From contig NC_092679.1 in the NCBI RefSeq assembly GCF_964355755.1, positions 278,201 to 342,200 on the forward strand: a stretch of 64,000 nt of DNA. Direction: 5' to 3'. Made by a program: the position numbers and the translations under genes. The notes below the pieces were generated by a model, which saw only the letters and a program-made list of their open reading frames with translations, searched no databases and had not been told where the DNA came from. Positions 31,101 through 46,100 of the stretch are shown piece by piece; the stretch's first letter is position 1; each line of letters opens with the position of its first letter. The stretch comes from Antedon mediterranea. Lineage: Eukaryota; Animalia; Echinodermata.

Positions 31101-34100
31101 CACAGCTGACTTAGGCAGAAACACAAAAAACAAAATAACAAAATTTAATAGCATCAGCTCTTCGGATTAAAATTAACACTGATGATTTTAGAAAAGGAAA
31201 GTAGCAATAAAAGAGAAAAAATTTGAAACAAATGGGTTAAAAAATATACTATAAAAATGTATTTCTTATTTTATTTTAAAAAACATGAGTCTCCTCTCCT
31301 TAATTGCCTAAGTCACACAGCTGACTTAGGCAGAAACACAAAAAACGATCTGAGCATGTGCAAATATATATAAAAGTACTCGGATAATGTACAGATGGCA
31401 GTATAATGATATAAGCAGTGAGTTAGGCAGATCATAAGTCAGCTCTGTTTAATTGCCTAAGTCACACAGCTGACTTAGGCAGAAACACGAAAAATATGGT
31501 ATATTGATATAAGCAGTGAGTTAGGCAGATCATAAGTCAGCTCTGTTTAATTGCCTAAGTCACACAGCTGACTTAGGCAGAAACACGAAAAATATAGTAT
31601 ATTGATATAAGCAGTGAGTTAGGCAGATCATAAGTCAGCTCTGTTTAATTGCCTAAGTCACACAGCTGACTTAGGCAGAAACACGAAAAATATAGTATAT
31701 TGATATAAGCAGTGAGTTAGGCAGATCATAAGTCAGCTCTCCTTAATTGCCTAAGTCACACAGCTGACTTAGGCAGAAACACGAAAAATATAGTATATTG
31801 ATATAAGCAGTGAGTTAGGCAGATCATAAGTCAGCTCTCCTTAATTGCCTAAGTCACACAGCTGACTTAGGCAGAAAACACGAAAAATATAGTATATTGA
31901 TATAAGCAGTGAGTTAGGCAGAAAAACAAAACAAAATATGACTTATAGACACTTTTGTTATGAGGCTGTCGATATCATCTGTATACAAAAAATTCTACCT
32001 TTAAGTAACAAAATGTAATAGCATCAGCTCTTCAGATTAAAATTAACACTGATGATTTTAGAAAAAGAAAGTAGCAATAAAAGAGAAATAATTTGTAACA
32101 AATGGGTTAAAAAATATACTATAAAAATGTATTTCTTATTTTATTTAAAAAAACATGAGTCTCCTCTCCTTAATTGCCTAAGTCACACAGCTGACTTAGG
32201 CAGAAACACAAAAAACGATCTGAGCATGTGCAAATGTATATAAAAGTACTCGGATAATGTACAGATGGCAGTATAATGATATAAGCATTGAGTTAGGCAG
32301 ATCATAAGTCAGCTCTCCTTAATTGCCTAAGTCACACAGCTGACTTAGGCAGAAACACGAAAAATATAGTATATTGATATAAGCAGTGAGTTAGGCAGAT
32401 CATAAGTCAGCTCTGTTTAATTGCCTAAGTCACACAGCTGACTTAGGCAGAAAACACGAAAAATATAGTATATTGATATAAGCAGTGAGTTAGGCAGAAA
32501 AACAAAACAAAATTATGACTTAGACACTTTTGTTATTAGGCTGTCGATATCATCTATATACAAAAAAATGCTACCTTTAAGTAACAAAATGTAATAGCAT
32601 CAACTCTTCAGATTAAAATTAACACTGATGATTTTAGAAAAAGAAAGTAGCAATAAAAGAGAAAGAATTTGTAACAAATGGGTTAAAAAATATACTATAA
32701 AAAGGTATTTCTTATTTTATTTTAAAAAACATGAGTCTCCTCTCCTTAATTGCCTAAGTCACACAGCTGACTTAGGCAGAAACACAAAAAACGATCTGAG
32801 CATGTGCAAATGTATATAAAAGTACTCGGATAATGTACAGATGGCAGTATAATGATATAAGCAGTGAGTTACGCAGATCATAAGTCAGCTCTCCTTAATT
32901 GCCTAAGTCACACAGCTGACTTAGGCAGAAACACAAAAAATATAGTATATTGATATAAGCAGTGAGTTAGGCAGATCATAAGTCAGCTCTGTTTAATTGC
33001 CTAAGTCACACAGCTGACTTAGGCAGAAAACAGGAAAAATATAGTATATTGATATAAGCAGTGAGTTAGGCAGATCATAAGTCAGCTCTCCTTAATTGCC
33101 TAAGTCACACAGCTGACTTAGGCAGAAACACGAAAAATATAGTATATTGATATAAGCAGTGAGTTAGGCAGAAAAACAAAAAAATATTATGACTGAGACA
33201 CTTTTGTTATGAGGCTGTCGATATCATCTATATACAAAAAATGCTACCTTTAAGTAACAAAATGTAATATAGCATCAACTCTTCAGATTAAAATTAACAC
33301 TGATGATTTTAGAAAAAGAAAGTAGCAATACAAGAGAAAGAATTTGTAACAAATGGGTTAAAAAATATTATATAAAAATGTATTTCTTATTTTATTTAAA
33401 AAAACATGAGTCTCCTCTCCTTAATTGCCTAAGTCACACAGCTGACTTAGGCAGAAACACAAAAAACGATCTGAGCATGTGCAAATGTATATAAAAGTAC
33501 TCGGATAATGTACAGATGGCAGTATAATGATATAAGCAGTGAGTTAGGCAGATCATAAGTCAGGTCTCCTTAATTGCCTAAGTCACACAGCTGACTTAGG
33601 CAGAAACACGAAAAATATAGTATATTGATATAAGCAGTGAGTTAGGTAGATCATAAGTCAGCTCTGTTTAATTGCCTAAGTCACACAGCTGACTTAGGCA
33701 GAAAACACGAAAAATATAGTATATTGATATAAGCAGTGAGTTAGGCAGATCATAAGTCAGCTCTCCTTAATTGCCTAAGTCACACAGCTGACTTAGGCAG
33801 AAACACGAAAAATATAGTATATTGATATAAGCAGTGAGTTAGGCAGATCATAAGTCAGCTCTCCTTAATTGCCTAAGTCACACAGCTGACTTAGGCAGAA
33901 ACACGAAAAATATAGTATATTGATATAAGCAGTGAGTTAGGCAGATCATAAGTCAGCTCTGTTTAATTGCCTAAGTCACACAGCTGACTTAGGCAGAAAA
34001 CACGAAAAATATAGTATATTGATATAAGCAGTGAGTTAGGCAGATCATAAGTCAGCTCTCCTTAATTGCCTAAGTCACACAGCTGACTTAGGCAGAAACA

Positions 34101-37100
34101 CGAAAAATATAGTATATTGATATAAGCAGTGAGTTAGGCAGATCATAAGTCAGCTCTCCTTAATTGCCTAAGTCACACAGCTGACTTAGGCAGAAACACG
34201 AAAAATATAGTATATTGATATAAGCAGTGAGTTAGGCAGATCATAAGTCAGCTCTGTTTAATTGCCTAAGTCACACAGCTGACTTAGGCAGAAAACACGA
34301 AAAATATAGTATATTGATATAAGCAGTGAGTTAGGCAGAAAAACAAAAAAATATTATGACTGAGACACTTTTGTTATGAGGCTGTCGATATCATCTATAT
34401 ACAAAAAATGCTACCTTTAAGTAACAAAATGTAATATAGCATCAACTCTTCAGATTAAAATTAACACTGATGATTTTAGAAAAAGAAAGTAGCAATACAA
34501 GAGAAATAATTTGTAACAAATGGGTTAAAAAATATACTATAAAAATGTATTTCTTATTTTATTTAAAAAAACATGAGTCTCCTCTCCTTAATTGCCTAAG
34601 TCACACAGCTGACTTAGGCAGAAACACAAAAAACGATCTGAGCATGTGCAAATGTATATAAAAGTACTCGGATAATGTACAGATGGCAGTATAATGATAT
34701 AAGCAGTGAGTTAGGCAGATCATAAGTCTCCTCTCCTTAATTGCCTAAGTCACACAACTGACAACACGAAAAATATAGTATATTGATATAAGCAGTGAGT
34801 TAGGCTGAAAAACAAAAAAATATTATGACTGAGACACTTTTGTTATGAGGCTGTCGATATCATCTATATACAAAAAATGTTACCTTTAAGTAACAAAATG
34901 TAATATAGCATCAACTCTTCAGATTAAAATTAACACTGATGATTTTAGAAAAAGAAAGTAGCAATACAAGAGAAAGAATTTGTAACAAATGGGTTAAATA
35001 ATATTATATAAAAATGTATTTCTTATTTTATTTAAAAAATCATCAGTCTCCTCTCCTTAATTGCCTAAGTCACACAGCTGACTTAGGCAGAAACACAAAA
35101 AACAAAATAACAAAATTTAATAGCATCAGCTCTTCGGATTAAAATTAACACTGATGATTTTAGAAAAGGAAAGTAGCAATAAAAGAGAAAAAATATGAAA
35201 AAAATGGGTTAAAAAATATACTATAAAAATGTATTTCTTATTTTATTTAAAAAATCATGAGTCTCCTCTCCTTAATTGCCTAAGTCACACAACTGACTTA
35301 GGCAGAAACACAAAAAACGATCGGAGTGTGTGCAAAAATGTATATAAAAGCACTCAGATAATGTACAGAGGGCAGTATAATGATATAAGCAGTGAGTTAG
35401 GCAGATCATAAGTCAGCTCTCCTTAATTGCCTAAGTCACACAGCTGACTTAGGCAGAAACACGAAAAATATAGTATATTGATATAAGCAGTGAGTTAGGC
35501 AGATCATAAGTCAGCTCTCCTTAATTGCCTAAGTCACACAGCTGACCTAGGCAGAAACACAAAAAATATAGTATATTGATATAAGCAGTGAGTTAGGCAG
35601 AAAAACAAAACAAAATATGACTTATAGACACTTTTGTTATGAGGCTGTCGATATCATCTGTATACAAAAAATGCTACCTTTAAGTAACAAAATGTATAGC
35701 ATCAACTCTTCAGATTAAAATTAACACTGATGATTTTAGAAAAAGAAAGTAGCAATAAAAGAGAAATAATTTGTAACAACTGGGTTAAAAAATATACTAT
35801 AAAAATGTATTTCTTATTTTATTTAAAAAAACATGAGTCTCCTCTCCTTAATTGCCTAAGTCACACAGCTGACTTAGGCAGAAACACAAAAAACGATCTG
35901 AGCATGTGCAAATATATATAAAAGTACTCGGATAATGTACAGATGGCAGTATAATGATATAAGCAGTGAGTTACGCAGATCATAAGTCAGCTCTCCTTAA
36001 TTGCCTAAGTCACACAGCTGACTTAGGCAGAAACACGAAAAATATAGTATATTGATATAAGCAGTGAGTTAGGCAGATCATAAGTCAGCTCTCCTTAATT
36101 GCCTAAGTCACACAGCTGACTTAGGCGGAAAACACGAAAAATATAGTATATTGATAAAAGCAGTGAGTTAGGCAGAAAAACAAAAAAATATTATGACTGA
36201 GACACTTTTGTTATGAGGCTGTCGATATCATCTATATACAAAAAATGCTACCTTTAAGTAACAAAATGTAATATAGCATCAACTCTTCAGATTAAAATTA
36301 ACACTGATGATTTTAGAAAAAGAAAGTAGCAATACAAGAGAAAGAATTTGTAACAAATGGGTTAAAAAATATTATATAAAAATGTATTTCTTATTTTATT
36401 TAAAAAATCATCAGTCTCCTCTCCTTAATTGCCTAAGTCACACAGCTGACTTAGGCAGAAACACAAAAAACAAAATAACAAAATTTAATAGCATCAGCTC
36501 TTCGGATTAAAATTAACACTGATGATTTTAGAAAAGGAAAGTAGCAATAAAAGAGAAAAAATATGAAAAAAATGGGTTAAAAAATATACTATAAAAATGT
36601 ATTTCTTATTTTATTTAAAAAATCATGAGTCTCCTCTCCTTAATTGCCTAAGTCACACAGCTGACTTAGGCAGAAACACAAAAAACGATCTAAGTGTGTG
36701 CAAAAATGTATATAAAAGAACTCAGATAATGTACAGAGGGCAGTATAATGATATAAGCAGTGAGTTAGGCAGATCATAAGTCAGCTCTCCTTAATTGCCT
36801 AAGTCACACAGCTGACTTAGGCAGAAACACGAAAAATATAGTATATTGATATAAGCAGTGAGTTAGGCAGATCATAAGTCAGCTCTCCTTAATTGCCTAA
36901 GTCAAACAGCTGACCTAGGCAGAAACACAAAAAATATAGTATATTGATATAAGCAGTGAGTTAGGCAGAAAAACAAAACAAAATATGACTTATAGACACT
37001 TTTGTTATGAGGCTGTCGATATCATTTGTATACAAAAAATGCTACCTTTAAGTAACAAAATGTAATAGCATCAACTCTTCAGATTAAAATTAACACTGAT

Positions 37101-40100
37101 GATTTTAGAAAAGGAAAGTAGCAATAAAAGAGAAAGAATTTGTAACAAATGGGTTAAAAAATATACTATAAAAATGTATTTCTTATTTTATTTAAAAAAT
37201 CATGAGTCTCCTCTCCTTAATTGCCTAAGTCACACAGCTGACTTAGGCAGAAACAGAAAAAACGATCTGAGTGTGTGCAAAAATGAATATAAAAGCACTC
37301 AGATAATGTACAGATGGCAGTATAATGATATAAGCAGTGAGTTACGCAGATCATAAGTCAGCTCTCCTTAATTGCCTAAGTCACACAGCTGACTTAGGCA
37401 GAAACACGAAAAATATAGTATATTGATATAAGCAGTGAGTTAGGCAGATCATAAGTCAGCTCTGTTTAATTGCCTAAGTCACACAGCTGACTTAGGCAGA
37501 AAACACGAAAAATATAGTATATTGATATAAGCAGTGAGTTAGGCAGAAAAACAAAAAAATATTATGACTGAGACACTTTTGTTATGAAGCTGTCGATATC
37601 ATCTATATACAAAAAATGCTACCTTTAAGTAACAAAATGTAATATAGCATCAACTCTTCAGATTAAAATTAACACTGATGATTTTAGAAAAAGAAAGTAG
37701 CAATACAAGAGAAAGAATTTGTAACAAATGGGTCAAAAAATATTATATAAAAATGTATTTCTTATTTTATTTAAAAAATCATCAGTCTCCTCTCCTTAAT
37801 TGCCTACGTCACACAGCTGACTTAGGCAGAAACACAAAAAACAAAATAACAAAATTTAATAGCATCAGCTCTTCGGATTAAAATTAACACTGATGATTTT
37901 TGAAAAGGAAAGTAGCAATAAAAGAGAAAAAATTTGTAACAAATGGGTTAAAAAATATACTATAAAAATGTATTTCTTATTTTATTTAAAAAATCATGAG
38001 TCTCCTCTCCTTAATTGCCTAAGTCACACAGCTGACTTAGGCAGAAACAGAAAAACCGATCTGAGTGTGTGCAAAAATGAATATAAAAGCACTCAGATAA
38101 TCTACAGAGGGCAGTAAAATGATATAAGCAGTGAGTTAGGCAGATCATAAGTCAGCTCTCCTTAATTGCCTAAGTCACACAGCTGACTTAGGCAGAAACA
38201 CAAAAAATATAGTATATTGATATAAGCAGTGAGTTAGGCAGATCATAAGTCAGCTCTCCTTAATTGCCTAAGTCAAACAGCTGACCTAGGCAGAAACACA
38301 AAAAATATAGTATATTGATATAAGCAGTGAGTTAGGCAGAAAAACAAAACAAAATATGACTTATAGACACTTTTGTTATGAGGCTGTCGATATCATCTGT
38401 ATACAAAAAATGCTACCTTTAAGTAACAAAATGTATAGCATCAACTCTTCAGATTAAAATTAACACTGATGATTTTAGAAAAAGAAAGTAGCAATAAAAG
38501 AGAAATAATTTGTAACAAATGGGTTAAAAAATATTATATAAAAATGTATTTCTTATTTTATTCAAAAAATCATGAGTCTCCTCTCCTTAATTGCCTAAGT
38601 CACACAGCTGAATGAGGCAGAAACACAAAAAACAAAGTAACAAAATTTAATAGCATCAGCTCTTCGGATTAAAATTAACACTGTTGATTTTAGAAAAGGA
38701 AAGTAGCAATAAAAGAGAAAAAATTTGTAACAAATGGGTTAAAAAATATACTATAAAAATGTATTTCTTATTTTATTTTAAAAAACATGAGTCTCCTCTC
38801 CTTAATTGCCTAAGTCACACAGCTGACTTAGGCAGAAACACGTAAAATATAGTATATTGATATAAGCAGTGAGTTACGCAGATCATAAGTCAGCTCTCCT
38901 TAATTGCCTAAGTCACACAGCTGACTTAGGCAGAAACACGAAAAATTTAGTATATTGATATAAGCAGTGAGTTAGGCAGATCATAAGTCAGCTCTGTTTA
39001 ATTGGAAAACACGAAAAATATAGTATATTGATATAAGCAGTGAGTTAGGCAGAAAAACAAAAAAATATTATGACTGAGACACTTTTGTTATGAGGCTGTC
39101 GATATCATCTATATACAAAAAATGCTACCTTTAAGTAACAAAATGTAATATAGCATCAACTCTTCAGATTAAAATTAACACTGATGATTTTAGAAAAAGA
39201 AAGTAGCAATACAAGAGAAAGAATTTGTAACAAATGGGTTAAAAAATATTATATAAAAATGTATTTCTTATTTTATTTAAAAAATCATCAGTCTCCTCTC
39301 CTTAATTGCCTAAGTCACACAGCTGACTTAGGCAGAAACACAAAAAACAAAATAACAAAAATTAATAGCATCAGCTCTTCGGATTAAAATTAACACTGAT
39401 GATTTTAGAAAAGGAAAGTAGCAATAAAAGAGAAAAAATATGAAAAAAATGGGTTAAAAAATATACTATAAAAATGTATTTCTTATTTTATTTAAAAAAT
39501 CATGAGTCTCCTCTCCTTAATTGCCTAAGTCACACAGCTGACTTAGGCAGAAACACAAAAAACGATCTGAGTGTGTGCAAAAATGTATATAAAAGCACTC
39601 AGATAATGTACAGAGGGCAGTATAATGATATAAGCAGTGAGTTAGGCAGATCATAAGTCAGCTCTCCTTAATTGCCTAAGTCACACAGCTGACTTAGGCA
39701 GAAACACGAAAAATATAGTATATTGATATAAGCAGTGAGTTAGGCAGATCATAAGTCAGCTCTCCTTAATTGCCTAAGTCACACAGCTGACTTAGGCAGA
39801 AAACACGAAAAATATAGTATATTGATATAAGCAGTGAGTTAGGCAGAAAAACAAAAAAATATTATGACTGAGACACTTTTGTTATGAAGCTGTCGATATC
39901 ATCTATATACAAAAAATGCTACCTTTAAGTAACAAAATGTAATATAGCATCAACTCTTCAGATTAAAATTAACACTGATGATTTTAGAAAAAGAAAGTAG
40001 CAATACAAGAGAAAGAATTTGTAACAAATGGGTCAAAAAATATTATATAAAAATGTATTTCTTATTTTATTTAAAAAATCATCAGTCTCCTCTCCTTAAT

Positions 40101-43100
40101 TGCCTACGTCACACAGCTGACTTAGGCAGAAACACAAAAAACAAAATAACAAAATTTAATAGCATCAGCTCTTCGGATTAAAATTAACACTGATGATTTT
40201 AGAAAAGGAAAGTAGCAATAAAAGAGAAAAAATTTGTAACAAATGGGTTAAAAAATATACTATAAAAATGTATTTCTTATTTTATTTAAAAAATCATGAG
40301 TCTCCTCTCCTTAATTGCCTAAGTCACACAGCTGACTTAGGCAGAAACAGAAAAAACGATCTGAGTGTGTGCAAAAATGAATATAAAAGCACTCAGATAA
40401 TGTACAGAGGGCAGTATAATGATATAAGCAGTGAGTTAGGCAGATCATAAGTCAGCTCTCCTTAATTGCCTAAGTCACACAGCTGACTTAGGCAGAAACA
40501 CGAAAAATATAGTATATTGATATAAGCAGTGAGTTAGGCAGATCATAAGTCAGCTCTCCTTAATTGCCTAAGTCACACAGCTGACCTAGGCAGAAAACAC
40601 GAAAAATATAGTATATTGATATAAGCAGTGAGTTAGGAAGAAAAACAAAAAAATATTATGACTGAGACACTTTTGTTATGAGGCTGTCGATATCATCTAT
40701 ATACAAAAAATGTTACCTTTAAGTAACAAAATGTAATATAGCATCAACTCTTCAGATTAAAATTAACACTGATGATTTTAGAAAAAGAAAGTAGCAATAC
40801 AAGAGAAAGAATTTGTAACAAATGGGTTAAATAATTTTATATAAAAATGTATTTCTTATTTTATTTAAAAAATCATGAGTCTCCTCTCCTTAATTGCCTA
40901 AGTCACACAGCTGACTTAGGCAGAAACACAAAAAACGATCGGAGTGTGTGCAAAAATGTATATAAAAGCACTCAGATAATGTACAGAGGGCAGTATAATG
41001 ATATAAGCAGTGAGTTAGGCAGATCATAAGTCAGCTCTCCTTAATTGCCTAAGTCACACAGCTGACTTAGGCAGAAACACGAAAAATATAGTATATTGAT
41101 ATAAGCAGTGAGTTAGGCAGATCATAAGTCAGCTCTCCTTAATTGCCTAAGTCACACAGCTGACCTAGGCAGAAACACAAAAAATATAGTATATTGATAT
41201 AAGCAGTGAGTTAGGCAGAAAAACAAAACAAAATATGACTTATAGACACTTTTGTTATGAAGCTGTCGATATCATCTGTATACAAAAAATGCTACCTTTA
41301 AGTAACAAAATGTATAGCATCAACTCTTCAGATTAAAATTAACACTGATGATTTTAGAAAAAGAAAGTAGCAATAAAAGAGAAATAATTTGTAACAAATG
41401 GGTTAAAAAATATTATATAAAAATGTATTTCTTATTTTATTCAAAAAATCATGAGTCTCCTCTCCTTAATTGCCTAAGTCACACAGCTGAATGAGGCAGA
41501 AACACAAAAAACAAAGTAACAAAATTTAATAGCATCAGCTCTTCGGATTAAAATTAACACTGATGATTTTAGAAAAGGAAAGTAGCAATAAAAGAGAAAA
41601 AATTTGTAACAAATGGGTTAAAAAATATACTATAAAAATGTATTTCTTATTTTATTTTAAAAAACATGAGTCTCCTCTCCTTAATTGCCTAAGTCACACA
41701 GCTGACTTAGGCAGAAACACAAAAAACGATCTGAGCATGTGCAAATGTATATAAAAGTACTCGGATAATGTACAGATGGCAGTATAATGATATAAGCAGT
41801 GAGTTACGCAGATCATAAGTCAGCTCTCCTTAATTGCCTAAGTCACACAGCTGACTTAGGCAGAAACACGTAAAATATAGTATATTGATATAAGCAGTGA
41901 GTTAGGCAGATCATAAGTCAGCTCTGTTTAATTGCCTAAGTCACACAGCTGACTTAGGCAGAAAACACGAAAAATATAGTATATTGATATAAGCAGTGAG
42001 TTAGGCAGAAAAACAAAAAAATATTATGACTGAGACACTTTTGTTATGAAGCTGTCGATATCATCTATATACAAAAAATGCTACCTTTAAGTAACAAAAT
42101 GTAATATAGCATCAACTCTTCAGATTAAAATTAACACTGATGATTTTAGAAAAAGAAAGTAGCAATACAAGAGAAAGAATTTGTAACAAATGGGTCAAAA
42201 AATATTATATAAAAATGTATTTCTTATTTTATTTAAAAAATCATCAGTCTCCTCTCCTTAATTGCCTACGTCACACAGCTGACTTAGGCAGAAACACAAA
42301 AAAACAAAATAACAAAATTTAATAGCATCAGCTCTTCGGATTAAAATTAACACTGATGATTTTAGAAAAGGAAAGTAGCAATAAAAGAGAAAAAATTTGT
42401 AACAAATGGGTTAAAAAATATACTATAAAAATGTATTTCTTATTTTATTTAAAAAATCATGAGTCTCCTCTCCTTAATTGCCTAAGTCACACAGCTGACT
42501 TAGGCAGAAACAGAAAAAACGATCTGAGTGTGTGCAAAAATGAATATAAAAGCACTCAGATAATGTACAGAGGGCAGTAAAATGATATAAGCAGTGAGTT
42601 AGGCAGATCATAAGTCAGCTCTCCTTAATTGCCTAAGTCACACAGCTGACTTAGGCAGAAACACGAAAAATATAGTATATTGATATAAGCAGTGAGTTAG
42701 GCAGATCATAAGTCAGCTCTCCTTAATTGCCTAAGTCACACAGCTGACCTAGGCAGAAAACACGAAAAATATAGTATATTGATATAAGCAGTGAGTTAGG
42801 CTGAAAAACAAAAAAATATTATGACTGAGACACTTTTGTTATGAGGCTGTCGATATCATCTATATACAAAAAATGTTACCTTTAAGTAACAAAATGTAAT
42901 ATAGCATCAACTCTTCAGATTAAAATTAACACTGATGATTTTAGAAAAAGAAAGTAGCAATACAAGAGAAAGAATTTGTAACAAATGGGTTAAATAATAT
43001 TATATAAAAATGTATTTCTTATTTTATTTAAAAAATCATCAGTCTCCTCTCCTTAATTGCCTAAGTCACACAGCTGACTTAGGCAGAAACACAAAAAACA

Positions 43101-46100
43101 AAATAACAAAATTTAATAGCATCAGCTCTTCGGATTAAAATTAACACTGATGATTTTAGAAAAGGAAAGTAGCAATAAAAGAGAAAAAATATGAAAAAAA
43201 TGGGTTAAAAAATATACTATAAAAATGTATTTCTTATTTTATTTAAAAAATCATGAGTCTCCTCTCCTTAATTGCCTAAGTCACACAACTGACTTAGGCA
43301 GAAACACAAAAAACGATCGGAGTGTGTGCAAAAATGTATATAAAAGCACTCAGATAATGTACAGAGGGCAGTATAATGATATAAGCAGTGAGTTAGGCAG
43401 ATCATAAGTCTGCTCTCCTTAATTGCCTAAGTCACACAGCTGACTTAGGCAGAAACACGAAAAATATAGTATATTGATATAAGCAGTGAGTTAGGCAGAT
43501 CATAAGTCAGCTCTCCTTAATTGCCTAAGTCACACAGCTGACCTAGGCAGAAACACAAAAAATATAGTATATTGATATAAGCAGTGAGTTAGGCAGAAAA
43601 ACAAAACAAAATATGACTTATAGACACTTTTGTTATGAGGCTGTCGATATCATCTGTATACAAAAAATGCTACCTTTAAGTAACAAAATGTATAGCATCA
43701 ACTCTTCAGATTAAAATTAACACTGATGATTTTAGAAAAAGAAAGTAGCAATAAAAGAGAAATAATTTGTAACAAATGGGTTAAAAAATATTATATAAAA
43801 ATGTATTTCTTATTTTATTCAAAAAATCATGAGTCTCCTCTCCTTAATTGCCTAAGTCACACAGCTGAATGAGGCAGAAACACAAAAAACAAAGTAACAA
43901 AATTTAATAGCATCAGCTCTTCGGATTAAAATTAACACTGATGATTTTAGAAAAGGAAAGTAGCAATAAAAGAGAAAAAATTTGTAACAAATGGGTTAAA
44001 AAATATACTATAAAAATGTATTTCTTATTTTATTTTAAAAAACATGAGTCTCCTCTCCTTAATTGCCTAAGTCACACAGCTGACTTAGGCAGAAACACAA
44101 AAAACGATCTGAGTATGTGCAAATGTATATAAAAGTACTCGGATAATGTACAGATGGCAGTATAATGATATAAGCAGTGAGTTACGCAGATCATAAGTCA
44201 GCTCTCCTTAATTGCCTAAGTCACACAGCTGACTTAGGCAGAAACACGAAAAATATAGTATATTGATATAAGCAGTGAGTTAGGCAGATCATAAGTCAGC
44301 TCTGTTTAATTGCCTAAGTCACACAGCTGACTTAGGCAGAAAACACGAAAAATATAGTATATTGATATAAGCAGTGAGTTAGGCAGAAAAACAAAAAAAT
44401 ATTATGACTGAGACACTTTTGTTATGAGGCTGTCGATATCATCTATATACAAAAATGCTACCTTTAAGTAACAAAATGTAATATAGCATCAACTCTTCAG
44501 AATAAAATTAACACTGACGATTTTAGAAAAAGAAAGTAGCAATACAAGAGAAAGAATTTGTAACAAATGGGTCAAAAAATATTATATAAAAATGTATTTC
44601 TTATTTTATTTAAAAAATCATCAGTCTCCTCTCCTTAATTGCCTACGTCACACAGCTGACTTAGGCAGAAACACAAAAAACAAAATAACAAAATTTAATA
44701 GCATCAGCTCTTCGGATTAAAATTAACACTGATGATTTTAGAAAAGGAAAGTAGCAATAAAAGAGAAAAAATTTGTAACAACTGGGTTAAAAAATATACT
44801 ATAAAAATGTATTTCTTATTTTATTTAAAAAAACATGAGTCTCCTCTCCTTAATTGCCTAAGTCACACAGCTGACTTAGGCAGAAACACAAAAAACGATC
44901 TGAGCATGTGCAAATATATATAAAAGTACTCGGATAATGTACAGATGGCAGTATAATGATATAAGCAGTGAGTTACGCAGATCATAAGTCAGCTCTCCTT
45001 AATTGCCTAAGTCACACAGCTGACTTAGGCAGAAACACGAAAAATATAGTATATTGATATAAGCAGTGAGTTAGGCAGATCATAAGTCAGCTTTCCCTAA
45101 TTGCCTAAGTCACACAGCTGACTTAGGCGGAAAACACGAAAAATATAGTATATTGATATAAGCAGTGAGTTAGGCAGAAAAACAAAAAAATATTATGACT
45201 GAGACACTTTTGTTATGAGGCTGTCGATATCATCTATATACAAAAAATGCTACCTTTAAGTAACAAAATGTAATATAGCATCAACTCTTCAGATTAAAAT
45301 TAACACTGATGATTTTAGAAAAAGAAAGTAGCAATACAAGAGAAAGAATTTGTAACAAATGGGTTAAAAAATATTATATAAAAATGTATTTCTTATTTTA
45401 TTTAAAAAATCATCAGTCTCCTCTCCTTAATTGCCTAAGTCACACAGCTGACTTAGGCAGAAACACAAAAAACAAAATAACAAAATTTAATAGCATCAGC
45501 TCTTCGGATTAAAATTAACACTGATGATTTTAGAAAAGGAAAGTAGCAATAAAAGAGAAAAAATATGAAAAAAATGGGTTAAAAAATATACTGTAAAAAT
45601 GTATTTCTTATTTTATTTAAAAAATCATGAGTCTCCTTTCCTTAATTGCCTAAGTCACACAGCTGACTTAGGCAGAAACACAAAAAACGATCTGAGTGTG
45701 TGCAAAAATGTATATAAAAGAACTCAGATAATGTACAGAGGGCAGTATAATGATATAAGCAGTGAGTTAGGCAGATCATAAGTCAGCTCTCCTTAATTGC
45801 CTAAGTCACACAGCTGACTTAGGCAGAAACACGAAAAATATAGTATATTGATATAAGCAGTGAGTTAGGCAGATCATAAGTCAGCTCTCCTTAATTGCCT
45901 AAGTCAAACAGCTGACCTAGGCAGAAACACAAAAAATATAGTATATTGATATAAGCAGTGAGTTAGGCAGAAAAACAAAACAAAATATGACTTATAGACA
46001 CTTTTGTTATGAGGCTGTCGATATCATTTGTATACAAAAAATGCTACCTTTAAGTAACAAAATGTAATAGCATCAACTCTTCAGATTAAAATTAACACTG